Counted from the whole stretch's first letter, positions 49,453 through 61,022 are shown. The stretch is DNA of 61,022 bases, filler included, from Circinaria calcarea (GCA_051942165.1; 6 parts of 6 records of this genome joined end to end with filler, not necessarily neighbours in it), one strand, 5' to 3'. The notes: generated by a model from the sequence alone, not told the origin. Numbers and translations: made by a program.

Positions 49453-50346
49453 ATGGAGTCTCAGACTGATCTTCCCATACGACTTCTCACACACAACATC
49501 CGTTATGCCACCAAGACTCCCTTTCCAGGGGAAGAACTTTGGGCTGTTCGCAAGAGTCGGCTGATTAACGAACTACGCTTCAATACCGGATTTGTACCGG
49601 AGGCATTCATCTGTTTGCAAGAGGTTCTGCACGAGCAGCTCCAAGACATCCTGTCAGAGTTGAATCGGGACGGAGAATGGCAGTATATCGGCGTTGGCCG
49701 TGAAGACGGCGACCAGGTGGGGGAGTACTCTCCGGTACTCTATCGCCCTTCGATATGGCAGCTACAGGAGTTCAAGACTCTATGGCTTTCAGAGACTCCA
49801 GACCGACCCTCCAAGGGGTGGGATGCCGCCTCTACGCGAATCCTGACCGTTGGCAAGTTTGAGCATCACGAAAGCAAGAAAGTACTGGTTGCAATGAATA
49901 CCCATTTGGATGATCAGGGAAGTAGATCTCGGCTTGAATCTGCCAAGATTATAAGAGACCAAGCGGCTGCAATGTCATGTCCGACTCCTGATGGCCCTCG
50001 TCTACCAGTGTTTCTTACTGGCGATTTGAATAGTGAGCCCAGTATGGAGGCATATCGGTATCTTTTCGAACAATCTCCTATGGTTGATGTGCAGACAATG
50101 GTGCCGCCGGGTGGCCGTTACGGGCATGTTGATACATTTACAGGTTTTGGGCAGGATAGTTCACCCCCCAAGAGAATCGATTTCATCTTCATCAAAGACG
50201 ACAACCGGCCTGCTGATGGTACTGTGGAAGATCCAGTCGACACTCCATGGGTGGTAAGACACTATGGTGTCTTGGAAAATAAATTCGATGATGGAGTATA
50301 CCTCTCTGATCATAGAGCTGTGGTTGCAGACCTCCTATTGAGATAA
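49453..50346 (+). CDS. Endonuclease/exonuclease/phosphatase (EEP) family protein
   Basis: THNIRY, LQEV, GVGREDG..GEYSP, WLSETPD..SKGWDA, NTHLD, GDLNS, RIDFIF, SDHRAV; a short upstream exon is possible. Confidence 0.92.
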   Translation: MESQTDLPIRLLTHNIRYATKTPFPGEELWAVRKSRLINELRFNTGFVPEAFICLQEVLHEQLQDILSELNRDGEWQYIGVGREDGDQVGEYSPVLYRPSIWQLQEFKTLWLSETPDRPSKGWDAASTRILTVGKFEHHESKKVLVAMNTHLDDQGSRSRLESAKIIRDQAAAMSCPTPDGPRLPVFLTGDLNSEPSMEAYRYLFEQSPMVDVQTMVPPGGRYGHVDTFTGFGQDSSPPKRIDFIFIKDDNRPADGTVEDPVDTPWVVRHYGVLENKFDDGVYLSDHRAVVADLLLR

Positions 50347-50860
50347 CCAATCGCATAGACTATCCCATTCTCGCAAAAGACGCAACACCTTGTTCGTGCT
50401 CCCAATCGAATTCTGATATCTGAATGCAAACCCCATCAGCCCACAAATAAACCGTAAGCCTAGGAAAATATACTTACCCGGCCCCTGAATGTCCATATGA
50501 ATGCACAACGACTTTCCCATCTTTCAAGACCTCAACCTCGACTCTCGGTCCGCCCTTTCGACTCGGCCTGAGTCCGACCTGACTACTCAAAACCTCAAAT
50601 TCTCCATTCTCCCCCACCAGCTCCGGCGCAAGAGTCTTGCACCCTTGCAGTATATCACTCGTAGTCTCATCGCACACTTTGGTATCCCTAACGACCGTTT
50701 CACCATCAACACGGCATTCCCTTTTCCCCCAAGAAAACTCAACCGAGGAAGAAGAATGAAACTCACTCACCAAACGCCCACCCCCCTCGTGCCGCCCAGA
50801 ATACTCGTCCCGCTCCCCGGCCGCGGAATCACATACCGAATCGCCCCCTCTCCCTTCCCG
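50335..50860 (-). CDS. D-amino-acid oxidase family, 3' end
   Basis: YVIPRPG..ILGG, VGLRPSRKGGPRVE, HSYGHSGAG / intron / YQNSIG. Confidence 0.88.
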
Positions 50861-50960
50861 NNNNNNNNNNNNNNNNNNNNNNNNNNNNNNNNNNNNNNNN
50901 NNNNTTAATTAATTAANNNNNNNNNNNNNNNNNNNNNNNNNNNNNNNNNNNNNNNNNNNN
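50861..50960. other. Artificial contig linker
   Basis: N44-TTAATTAATTAA-N44. Confidence 0.99.
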
Positions 50961-52301
50961 CTCGCACAAAGTCGACCGTCGTGAACGGAAGGTAGTAACC
51001 GGGGGTCTTTCCTTTGCAGCCGCGGAAGCGTCGGCGGTGTTTTGGGTCCCAGACACGGGAGTTGTATGCTGGATGATGGTACTTGTAACCACGAACTTGT
51101 ATGATAGACCGAGACGTTTCGTATAGGCAACAACGTCCGTGAGGATTTGACCCTGTCCGGAATTAGAACCCACAGGGAAGAAGTGGAAGGAGGTAAATCA
51201 GATGTAGTACCATCACCTGATTATTCAACTCTCTCGACCGACTATGGTCGTAGCTAGGAAGAGAACGGAAGGTGTCGTTGCAGGCCTAGTCAGAATCAGC
51301 TTGAGCTTTGTTGCCTTTGGAAGTCAGTCTAAGCATAGAACTCACATCTGTTGTAATGTCCTGGAAACGAAGCTCATCAAAAGGTAGCGTTAAGATCCTA
51401 CTAGGCGGATGCCATCTGGAGCGAAGGATAGCCGCCATGATTCGACTTCTGATTCTTCTCAAATGTTTTGATAATCCCAGCTATTTTTCCAGATACAGTT
51501 GACCCTTCCACACTCAAGCCTCTGGGGGAGGTTCGATGTATATCATCGCAAAACTCTTTGTTCTCCGGATTTGAGAATGATGGGAATTTTCTAACATGGC
51601 TGCAATCAACCAGCCTTTATGGATTCCGGATCTAGACATGCTCTTTGTTCTCAAATCCAAAACAGCAAGCACTCCACCGGAGCGACATACGGATACAATT
51701 TCATGACAATGAGTTCGTTGACAGGACTGGCAGGAAGCAGTACATCATCTAGAAAACAGGAAAAGATGTTTATGCTAGACTTCCTGAAGTAACCTGTGCC
51801 AAGAGTTCCTGCAGTCTGAAGGACCAGCCATTGATATGCATCTGAAGGCTCTATATACCACACCGTATAACAACACTGTCGATTCACTCTAGTGCTGTTT
51901 TAAGAGAGGTAGCCAATCCTTTTGTTGCTACACGCTTTCAGGTTGAAAAACAAGCATTCGGGAGGGAAGGCTCGTTGGGGTGCACCACAACATGCACACC
52001 AATACCTTTCATTCTTCCATGCACACCCGCTCAAATAGCGTTTACCACGGGTGCTTTCTTCAAAATTGATATATGAATGCCATACTTCATGTGCCCATCC
52101 TGTTATGTAAGCCACCTACAACCAGTAGGTAAATACCTTGTATAAATTATTCTATTCACGGTTTGGTTGGGATAGACTGCACACAATCATCAAAGAGTAA
52201 TCCAAACCTACAAAAGTATTTTAAAGAGCATCAAAGATATAGCCCACACTCGACAAGTTGGTAGAATTCAATCATCGATCAGTGGTTGAAAAGTGCAAAA
52301 A

Positions 52302-52395
52302 ACAAACAATACCTGGTATTCGCTGGTGGTCACCCACCCAACTACTAATCAGTCGATCTCAAGCTTATGTATGGCAGAGCGGACGGGATTCCCAG
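52302..52395 (-). rRNA. 5S rRNA gene fragment lacking about 25 nt of the 5' end (pseudogene)
   Basis: Revcomp CTGGGAATCCCGTCCGCTCTGCCATACATAAG...TTAGTAGTTGGGTGGGTGACCACCAGCGAATACCAGGTATTGTTTGT plus T-run terminator matches Pezizomycotina 5S. Confidence 0.92.
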
Positions 52396-53547
52396 ATACT
52401 CAAGTATCCTGTAAAAAAAAATCCATTTTTGGAATAATAACAGGCTGCTTTAGGTTCCTTGGCGCCGTTTTCGGATATTTTTGGATATTTATCTTCTGGC
52501 TGCTTTAATTATACTTTACCCTATAAGCCTAATTACTACATGGACTATCCTAGTGTCGAAATAGCGTAGATGAAACATGGAGGGCAGTGCACCCTCGACA
52601 CAATCATTATAGTACGCGTATAACTGAAGTTGTAAGGGTGCTAGGATAGGCTAGATTTGTATAAGGGATAGAGTTATTCTCTAGTGCACGATTATTAAAA
52701 CGTAATTGAACTGTTATTTCATTCGGTGCTATAAGCATTCTATTCTAAAGAGTGGGAATAGTTTATCTATACAGTATGCCTGCTCCCTATGATCCCTACG
52801 ATCCCTGGGATCACTCGGAGCACTTACACGTGACCTGCTCCCGGCGTTCCTTGCCAGGTCCTGGGAGCACCTGGAGCACCCGGCTCCTGGTTCTTCCGTC
52901 CCGGACCCTTATTAACCCTAGTATGGCGTGGCGCGCCATAACAATAAGTCCGCCTACGATCCTACGACGATGCTGGGGCCTTGCTTCGATAATATTGTTT
53001 ATACTAGAATGGAAGAGCCGCAGCCAAGCAAAGCAGCAGCTCTTGAATATTTCGACTCCAGGTTCCACGGATATATAAGAGAGGAATGCGCCCCCCCCCA
53101 AAAAACGGCTAAAGAACGGCTAAAACACATCGTACTGATCAAGCTTCTTATAGAGATTATGCTGATGTTATAAAATTATGCCGTTATCTGATATCTCTTG
53201 CGGAATCTGAGCGTCGAACAGTTTGGGCTTAGTCTGAGTTTTTAAGTCCTGTTATCTTATGGCTAGATCCTCCAAGCTTCCTAAATCGAGCGTAGTTATA
53301 AGGTAAGCTGTATAGCCGTTGATTATCGGGGTTTTGTCTCCTTTTTGTTGGTATACCTTTGCAACGATCTATCATTCGAGCGGGAGTTCTCTAATTACAG
53401 ACCATTTTGGTACCCTTTGATTTTTGCCAAATTTCCGTATTGGAATATTCGTTGAGTATAAGAAGAACCTTTGAGGTATCATAGATCTAAAAAGCACCCA
53501 AAAACGAGGAGAAGAAATAAGATGCAGTGCATCCTCCTGCGAGGATA

Positions 53548-55020
53548 TCAGATCGGCTCAGTAATTGTGGCCCCGCTACACGAATCCTGCGCCTCTTTCT
53601 GACTGCTGATGGAAACACCATATTCTATGGTCTGCCTAATTACGCCTTCCTGTACCCGAGAATCGCGCAGTATTTGCTCCTCACTCCCACTCCCGCTTCT
53701 GCTGGCATCGTTTACGAAAATAGCATCTGTTTGATGCTGAGGATAGTGAAACCCTTTATAGCCAGCGTTACTTTGGTTTGGGAGATCCTCCATGGGATAG
53801 CTGCTGTTGCGGTTCTTGCTACGGAAGCTAAAGCTATATTTATGGACGATCTTGGTACATGCCACGAGAATGGTTTTCCTGATGAGCGGAGTGAGGAAGG
53901 GTACGGAACTAATTGTAATCTTTAAGTTTCATATAGCGTCAGCTCACTTGGTATGAAGAATAGATGATACCTGTAGAGGCTGAGAGACGACTTACGCCGA
54001 TATTAAATTCAACAATACCCCAGAGGACCAGTAAACTTGAGTTTCCATCACCGTAGGCGATGACTCTGATCTGTAACAGCCGTAGAATGGAACAAAGGGT
54101 AGTGAAGAGCCCGAGGAGGAACAAGCCGCAGAGCACTGCCTTCTTCCAATGTTGAATATGGAGTTTGAGCAGGATTAGAATCGGAAGTACGATGACAACA
54201 ACGTCACATAAGATAGTAAAGCTGGCTAAAGCATAATTGGTAGGGCCGAACGGAAGACAACTGCCCTTGGAGGTGAAAAGCCACGACTTGGAGACATTTT
54301 GAAACATGGAACATCAGTGAGGGATAAACGGGTATGTAGGAGAGCTTACGGGTTTACAGTTGAATATCAAGACAAAAGCGCCTGCGACATGTCCGATTGT
54401 TGATATTGCAGCTACAGCATAAATGAGGTGCCTATAATGACATTTATGTGTCCCTGAGAGCACCCGGAGATAACTGATACAAAGGGCAAGTTTAAAGCCG
54501 GCAATACCAATCTGATAAAATGGCCTTCCTGCAAAGTTGACCTGGTAGAATGAGATGAGCAGGACTGCATGAATCACTTAGAGGCGAATAGAACACCTTC
54601 AAATAAACATCCAGATCCTGCTTTGGGCGTAATAAAAGCGGCAGACCGAGTCCGTATCTTGTTTCTGCGGTACATTCTATTCTTAATGTTCTGAGGACCA
54701 CAAATGCCGTTCGAATTGGAGGACTCACGCGTTATGGCGAGCGCAGTGTAAATGATGGCAAAGATCTGTAATCCCGAGAAATAGACGTTTTTAGTTTCTC
54801 GTCGTACCTGTGCTACCAGGAGAGAATCGAAATTACCACTTACCATTGTTACAAAGATAATAACATCATCAGCCCTAATCTGTCGGGCCTGAAGATGAAT
54901 ATAGATGCGGAGATTGACCACAGCGGTCATCAACAGAGTGAGGATAACACACACTACGATGATGGTCGGATAGTCTGACTGTGAATTGATCTCGTCAGAA
55001 GCGTTCAGGACCCAGTGCAT
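53548..55020 (-). CDS. PTH11-like (fungal rhodopsin-domain) 7TM membrane protein without CFEM
   Basis: LRIY..ADD, TRYGLG, FKLALCISYLR, CKP..SW, ILCDVVVIVLPI, LFLLGLFTTLCSILR, WGIVEFNIG; six exons; one acceptor looks non-canonical. Confidence 0.85.
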
Positions 55021-55343
55021 CGCGAGAGGCTGTCCTGTACCAACAAGGGAAAGAATCGTTAAGAGAAGTGTCAAGTGTCAGCCTTTGGAGACTCGAGTCT
55101 TATTATGTAGACGTGACCAAGGTGCAGCTTTGGACCAAGGAAGATCATTTCCCAAAAACGCTCTCAGGATGGAGTGTCGCACAATAGACTGACTAGGAAG
55201 CCGAAGAGATTCACGGCAAAGCAAAGCTGTGCCATTCAACTCAGAGTTTAGAGTTCAGAGTTCAATGGTATCAACGTTCGGAATCCGTTGATTGGGTGCA
55301 GGAATACATACTATTCTAGTAGCTTCCCGATATCCTGAATATG

Positions 55344-55682
55344 CTATCGAATAACAGCCTTTCTTTTAAAACCTTCAGATGCTCTCACTCTGTAGAATAT
55401 CCATTGCGGATAAATGCATGTCAGTGGAGATAATCTGAGTGGCTAGTCCATACCCACGACTTTCTTGTCAGGGAAACCGGAATAACTAATAATAAGTGAA
55501 TAATTATCGCTTCGCTATCTGCGGTATTATTTCTATCCCTATCATTCCTTTACCGCGTCATCACCACTATCTCTCAAAAGGTTCTCTTCCCGTCTCTGAT
55601 CTCCCCTTCATCGATCGATCGCCCCCCAATTTGGAGTCGCTACTTTAAACATACATAAAAATCGCATCGCATTACATTATCA
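55344..55682. promoter_or_regulatory. GATA-site cluster in the divergent promoter
   Basis: HGATAR on either strand at 55344, 55428, 55504, 55515, 55539, 55567, 55677. Confidence 0.5.
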
Positions 55683-55716
55683 GAAGCACTTTGCCTCACC
55701 GTGTTTCACTCGAACA

Positions 55717-57403
55717 ATATCTAAACTATATGATCACAAGGAGGCAGTTGCACTCAGCGAAACAGGATTAAATCCACTTTCGACGGATAATGCCTGGAAA
55801 TATCTCGATAACCATCGTTCGGTTGTGGATGGGCAGTCTACAGATCTGAGAGCGCTGAGGCGAAGGATCGACTGGCATGTATTGCCTTTAGCATTCCTAT
55901 GCTACACCATGCAGTTTATTGACAAAGTTCTCATCAATGTACTTAGCTGCTCCTTCTCCCTGAAGCGCACCATTGACATTGTCCGCAGTATGCTGCAGTC
56001 ATGGGTCTTCCAAAGGATTTGGCGCTGGAAGGCAACAACTTCTCGAATGCTGCCACTGCATTTTTCATTGCGTATCTGATTGCAGAGGTACCTAATGGTG
56101 TGTTTACAGCTCCGCTTGTGTGGTCCAGTGTATTTTAACGTTATTCAGTCTATCTGCTTCAACAAGTCCCAGCTGCGAAATGGCTTGGGCTCAATGTCAT
56201 TCTCTGGGGTATAATGACAGCCATTACTGCCGCTGTACATAACTACAATGGTCTCCTTGCCGTCAGAATCCTGTTGGGGGTCTTCGAAGCCACGATTGGT
56301 CCATCCCTCCTACTGATCAGTAGTCAGTGGTACACCAAGTCAGAGCAAGCGCCTCGATTCGCTTTCTGGTACTTAGGGCTGGGCTTTGGCCAGATAGTCG
56401 GCGGACTGTTGTCTTTCGCCTTTCAACACCTCCAGCATGACGCCATTGCCGGCTGGAGGGTCATGTTTATTGTGCTTGGATTAGTCACCGTTATTATTGG
56501 ACTCGGAACCGCATTGTACCTACCCGACACGCCAATGAAGGCCAAATTCCTCTCCGAGAAAGAGAAGGTTACGCTCCTCCAGCACGTCAGTATTAACCAG
56601 ACAGGCATCGAAAACAGACGCTTCCAATGGTCTCAAGTCTGGGAAGCATTCCGCGATATCCAAATTTGGCTTCTGGTTCTTATCACGATCTTGGTAGGTA
56701 TCCTAGCCTTTGTTTTAACGAAGAATATCCTCAGACTCACTTAGCCTAGCAATCTGTCTCTAGTGGTGTGGTGACAACCTACTCCACCACCTTAGTCAAG
56801 TCCCTCGGATTCAGCTCCCAAAATGCTGCACTCCTTAATATGCCGTCCGGCATCGTCAGTATCTTCTTCACCCTCCTGGTCGGCTTTGGCATTCGCCATA
56901 CATCCTACCGGTGGGCTTGGATTGCTATGTGTAGCGTACCTGGCATCATTGGGGGTGGGTTGATGTCATTTTTACCCGTCAAAAACACCGCTGGCCTCCT
57001 CATCGGTATCTATCTCGTCAACGCTATTGTCGCGCCACTCCCTATCATCTACCATTGGACCGCCGCCAATTGTGCTGGTCAGAGCAAGAGGGCTTTTGCC
57101 AGCGCCACCGTTGCAGGCTCTTTCTCGATCGGTAACATTATCGGCCCACAGACCTTCCAAGCCAGAGACGCACCAAATTACCACCCTGCGAAGATTGCAG
57201 TGCTCGCAACACAGGCGGCTGCTGCCGTGATGACGTTTGTGCTGTACTTATACTATGTCTACGAGAATAGGCGGAGGGATGCTCGAATTGCCAAACGTTC
57301 TGTGGGAAATACTCAGCAGCCCCCTACTGAAGTAACTACGGAGGCAGAAGCCTGGGGGGGCAAAACGGATAAGCAGAATATGCGTTTCCGATATGTTTAT
57401 TAA
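55717..57403 (+). CDS. MFS transporter, Dal5/allantoate (ACS) family; start codon apparently ATA
   Basis: RRIDWHVLP, FIDKVLINYAAVMG, RILLGVFEA, WYTKSEQAPR, WRVMF, LPDTP, GNIIGPQTF, ENRRRD, TDKQNMRFRYVY; no in-frame ATG upstream. Confidence 0.85.
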
Positions 57404-57832
57404 TTCGGATATAATCCGTTTGCCCTTAAAGTTGCGTTGGCAAGTTCCTACAGGGTATCATGGCAATTATGATATGAGATAAGGCTCTGAAAGGTATAAC
57501 AGCCCAGAGCTTCAATAAGTGTGGTAACACACGTTCTGAGCCGTTGTCAATGCACTCATACATCCACCAAGAATGGTTAGGTTATGCGGCCAGCTGTACA
57601 GTTGATGGTGTCATTATGTAGATCTTATTGCGTGATTGTCTGGTGGTTGCAAAATCTCTCACCCACATATACACAATATATCGGAGGCTGAAGATAAACT
57701 TATAAAGGTGTAATCCTAGCCCTTATCAGAATAGCGAAGTCGTGAAATATCGAAATAAACCGCAAGTTTTGTATTTTATGAAATTGAGAGACGTGTAACA
57801 AAGCACTTGCTATTTCGCCACCTTAGTTGATC

Positions 57833-58657
57833 ATGGCCATCACAGATGAGTACCACGAAAAATACTGGAGTGCGCACTCAACTATATACGATTTGATTGT
57901 CGGATACATGACCAGAAAAGCAGCAGACCGTTTCATTGAGCTAACAGATAGTATGCTTTCATATACCGCTCCGGATTGCTACATATTAGACAGCGGCGCT
58001 GGGACGGGTTCCTTCACGATCGAACTCAGCGAGCACTTTCCGGCTGTACCAGTCCTCGCGACTGATATATCTTCCGGTATGCTCTCTGTCATTGACGCAC
58101 TTAAGCTGCCGAATGTATCGACCTAGTAGATGGATGTATCCCGAGGCGGCGAGCTTGAGGCACAACGCTTCAGCCACGCTCTCAGTATATTTATGATATA
58201 GTTTTTGCTTAACCCGCATGTCGTTATTGAGGATATGTACCGCGCAGTCCGGCCCGGTGGGATCGTCGGTTTCGGTATTTGGGATGATCAATATGAGCCT
58301 AATTACGCGTGGGTAAAAGCGTGTTATACGCTCGATTCCACGTACATCGTTCCTCGGCCGCATGATACCTCCGTATGGTACAGCACGGGGGAGCTGGAAA
58401 CAGCACTAAAAGAGGCAGGGCTATAGAATGTGCGATCGGAAGTCGTATCCGTTCGGCATGTGCACGAGAGCACGGAAAGCTTTTCAACTTTTTGTTCTGA
58501 GGGGAGGAACCCGGCGATCCAGTCGATGATCAACGATTGGAAAGGGAGCATGGAGGATGTGAAGAGGGAACTCGCAAGGATCGTCCGGGAAGAGCATGAT
58601 AATGGAAAGGCGATTTTTCTAAGCTTCGTCGTTGCAGCTAGGAAGAAAGCATCCTAA
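57833..58657 (+). pseudogene. Class I SAM-dependent methyltransferase with four in-frame TAG stops
   Basis: ILDSGAGTG, ATDISSGML, YRAVRPGG all in one frame; TAG at 58124, 58127, 58199, 58424. Confidence 0.9.
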
Positions 58658-59085
58658 GGTATGATGGCTAGATAATCAGACTGTAAGGGGTACACAACAT
58701 GGCATTAAACAGGGGTTGATCTCGAAAGTGGGAAGAGGTCTAGTATTGACAGTTACTCCTGAGGCTTGTGTAAGCAAGATGCTTTCAGAATGAATTTCTT
58801 GACATTATTTCAAGAGATATCTTCCGTAGAATTTAATAAGATAACAGGTACATGTTCCAATATATATGCACAACCATAGATTCAATACCTTAGCCGGCTT
58901 TACAATAGCGTAGCAGTCACTCCGTATGCATGTTTATCTAGGTGTTGATGTAAGCATAGTACTAACTCAGAGGAGCTTAGTGAGCCACCACTTACTTACC
59001 GTTTAAGGCACTGAGGCAAAGGAAAAAGTCTCGATTCTATTTCTCTAGTATTTAACAAACAATACGTTGACAAAGAATACTCGTC

Positions 59086-60654
59086 ATGGTCTCTACATAC
59101 ACTCCAATTCTGATTGTTGGTGCCGGTATTAGTGGCCTCACTCTTGCACAAGCGCTTCGCAAAGATGGAATTCCCTTTCAGATCGTTGAGCAAGACGACT
59201 CCTTTTTATCTCGAAGCGCAGGATGGGGGTTGACAATTCACTGGGCGCTACCCGCCTTCCTGGATCTACTCCCTCAAGAGCTCCAAGAACGCCTGCCGGA
59301 AACATATGTCAACCAAGGAGCCGTGAACAATGGTGAGATCGGAAACTTCGCATTTTACGACTTGAGTAGTGGTGAGGCGAGGTGGAAGGTACCGCCAAAT
59401 GCGAGGATAAGAGTGAGCCGCGAGAGGTTGAGAAAATTGTTGATGACTGATGTTGATGTCAAGGTGAGTACGGATTTCCCTATAAGATCCACTAGCCATC
59501 TATCCGCTCCAGCATCCCGGAAAGTGAACCAAGCTCATTACTAAGTGTTACCTCCGCTATTGTACGCTGCCTAAGGTTGAGAAAAGAATCTTCGCTGACA
59601 TCTCCATCATTTCTAGTGGTCTAAGCGTCTAACGAATCTACATATCTCTGATAATTCTATCAGCGCTCACTATGATGATGGTACCTCGTGTATGGCTGAC
59701 ATTATTGTTGGCTGCGACGGTATCCATTCACGCGTACGAAAAACGCGCTTCCCATCCGGATATCAGAACTATGAGTTACCTGTTCGGATGTTGGGTGTTG
59801 GCGTATCTTACTCCGTCAGCCAGGTACAAAAGATTCGCGAACTTGACCCATTCTTCCTCCACGGGAGTGATCCAAGAAGTGACGCATATCTCTGGTTTAG
59901 CTGTACATCTGTCATGGCGTGAAGCCTGTAGGTGAGCATCAGACTACTGACTCTTTTGCAGTTCTTGACGTACCGTCAGACGATGCATGTGCCACAGATC
60001 CATATCTGTGCCAAATCATAGTCTCTTGGCCTCATCGGTCCGGCTTTCTCAATTCTCCGCTGCCTTTAGAGGTTCCGCCGGAAAACTCAGAACGTCTTGC
60101 GCTCATGAAAAAACTCTCTGCACCTTGGACAGAACCATTCCGGTCGATAGTCCAGGATATTCCTAATGATGCAGAGGCAAGATCCGTAAGCCTCCAGGAC
60201 TGGACTCCTCAGCGGGGAGGCTATGGCGCCGGCAGGGTTGCGCTAGTAGGTGATGCGGCCCATGCCATGGTAATGTGTACGTTGAAGAATCTTTTCTTAT
60301 CTATTCTTCTCATTGATAATCTTCTAATCATGTCCATTATGCAATCTTGGTGGGATTATATCTCTAACCGTACTAGTCCGCGGCGAAGGCGCCAACCATG
60401 CTATTACCGATATCTCAAGTTTGGTCCATCAGCTCCTTCCCCACATCCAGGGATTTAAAGATCTTTCATATCGTCCTACAGATAATCTATTGAAGACTGT
60501 GGAAGAAACGATTGTGGCCTACGAGGACGAGATGTATACACGCTCTAAACCTTCAGTACTAGCCTCGAGGCAGGCATGTCTAGACGCACATCAATACGAG
60601 CGGATCAATGAGACCAGTCCGCTAATTGCGAGGAGAATCATGACGAATCAGTAA
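59086..60654 (+). CDS. FAD-dependent monooxygenase (group A aromatic hydroxylase-like)
   Basis: IVGAGISG, RVSRERLR, VGCDGIHSRVR, LVGDAAHAM, FRGEGANHAITD; four exons, frame intact. Confidence 0.92.
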
Positions 60655-61022
60655 CTGGTTGCAGTGATAATACTTCCTTATAATGAACGAACATCTAACG
60701 AAGGCTAGGTGATAGAACGTGAATTCTCATATAAAAGCCTTCATCTGAGCGACTCCTAAGTAAAGATCTCTTTACCAGGAGCCTAGGCCTACGATTTATT
60801 GTATTAGAATATGGCGGAACGAGTGGTTTTCCGTGCAGAAGTTCTGCACACCCGCGCATTCCATGCAGAATGCTCCCGGAGGTTCATTGAACCCTTTATT
60901 TATATATTTGCTGCTCCGCTTCAAAGTGGGCAAGCTACAGGGTCATGACTACCATAAATACTACTATAAACCCATAGTATTTCGATAGCTCAATGCCATT
61001 ACATTACCCTCACAAATGCACT

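Noticed and set aside
50961..52120. WD40-like remnant (LSFAPDGIRLV) on the minus strand
   Set aside because: A single short motif among many stops; not enough to call.
58124..58426. TAG reassignment or readthrough as Gln
   Set aside because: Other genes here end in TAG (malate dehydrogenase, DUF1275, PDS5); RIP explains the pattern more simply.

Overview
Filamentous ascomycete (Pezizomycotina) genomic DNA with short GT-AG introns and CTRAC branch points. It is not one locus. Six contigs of 10104, 10098, 10094, 10088, 10076 and 10062 bp (descending length) are joined by artificial 100-bp linkers (N44-TTAATTAATTAA-N44), so adjacency only means something within a contig. Contig 1: SRA/Cys-rich/AlkB fusion dioxygenase, peroxisomal acyl-CoA ligase, SQT1. 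Contig 2: orphan 848-aa helical-repeat protein head-to-head with an FHA-like kinase, gene relics, 3' end of malate dehydrogenase. Contig 3: RBR E3 ligase, a CAC...GTG non-autonomous transposon, oxaloacetate acetylhydrolase (oahA) divergent from a DUF1275 membrane protein across a PacC-site-rich promoter, and an alpha/beta hydrolase. Contig 4: membrane aspartic pseudo-protease, a MITE-disrupted GPI-protein pseudogene, an atypical kinase. Contig 5: housekeeping genes (PDS5, Rco1-like PHD protein, Cdb4/Ebp1, EEP phosphatase, D-amino-acid oxidase). Contig 6: a 5'-truncated 5S rRNA gene followed by a damaged accessory module (PTH11-like receptor, Dal5-type MFS, methyltransferase pseudogene with RIP-type stops, FAD monooxygenase). 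Best leads: a pH-controlled oxalate synthesis-plus-export module, a possible 5S-targeting giant-transposon (Starship-type) boundary, and the SRA-AlkB enzyme. All family calls come from motif recognition by eye; no database search was run.
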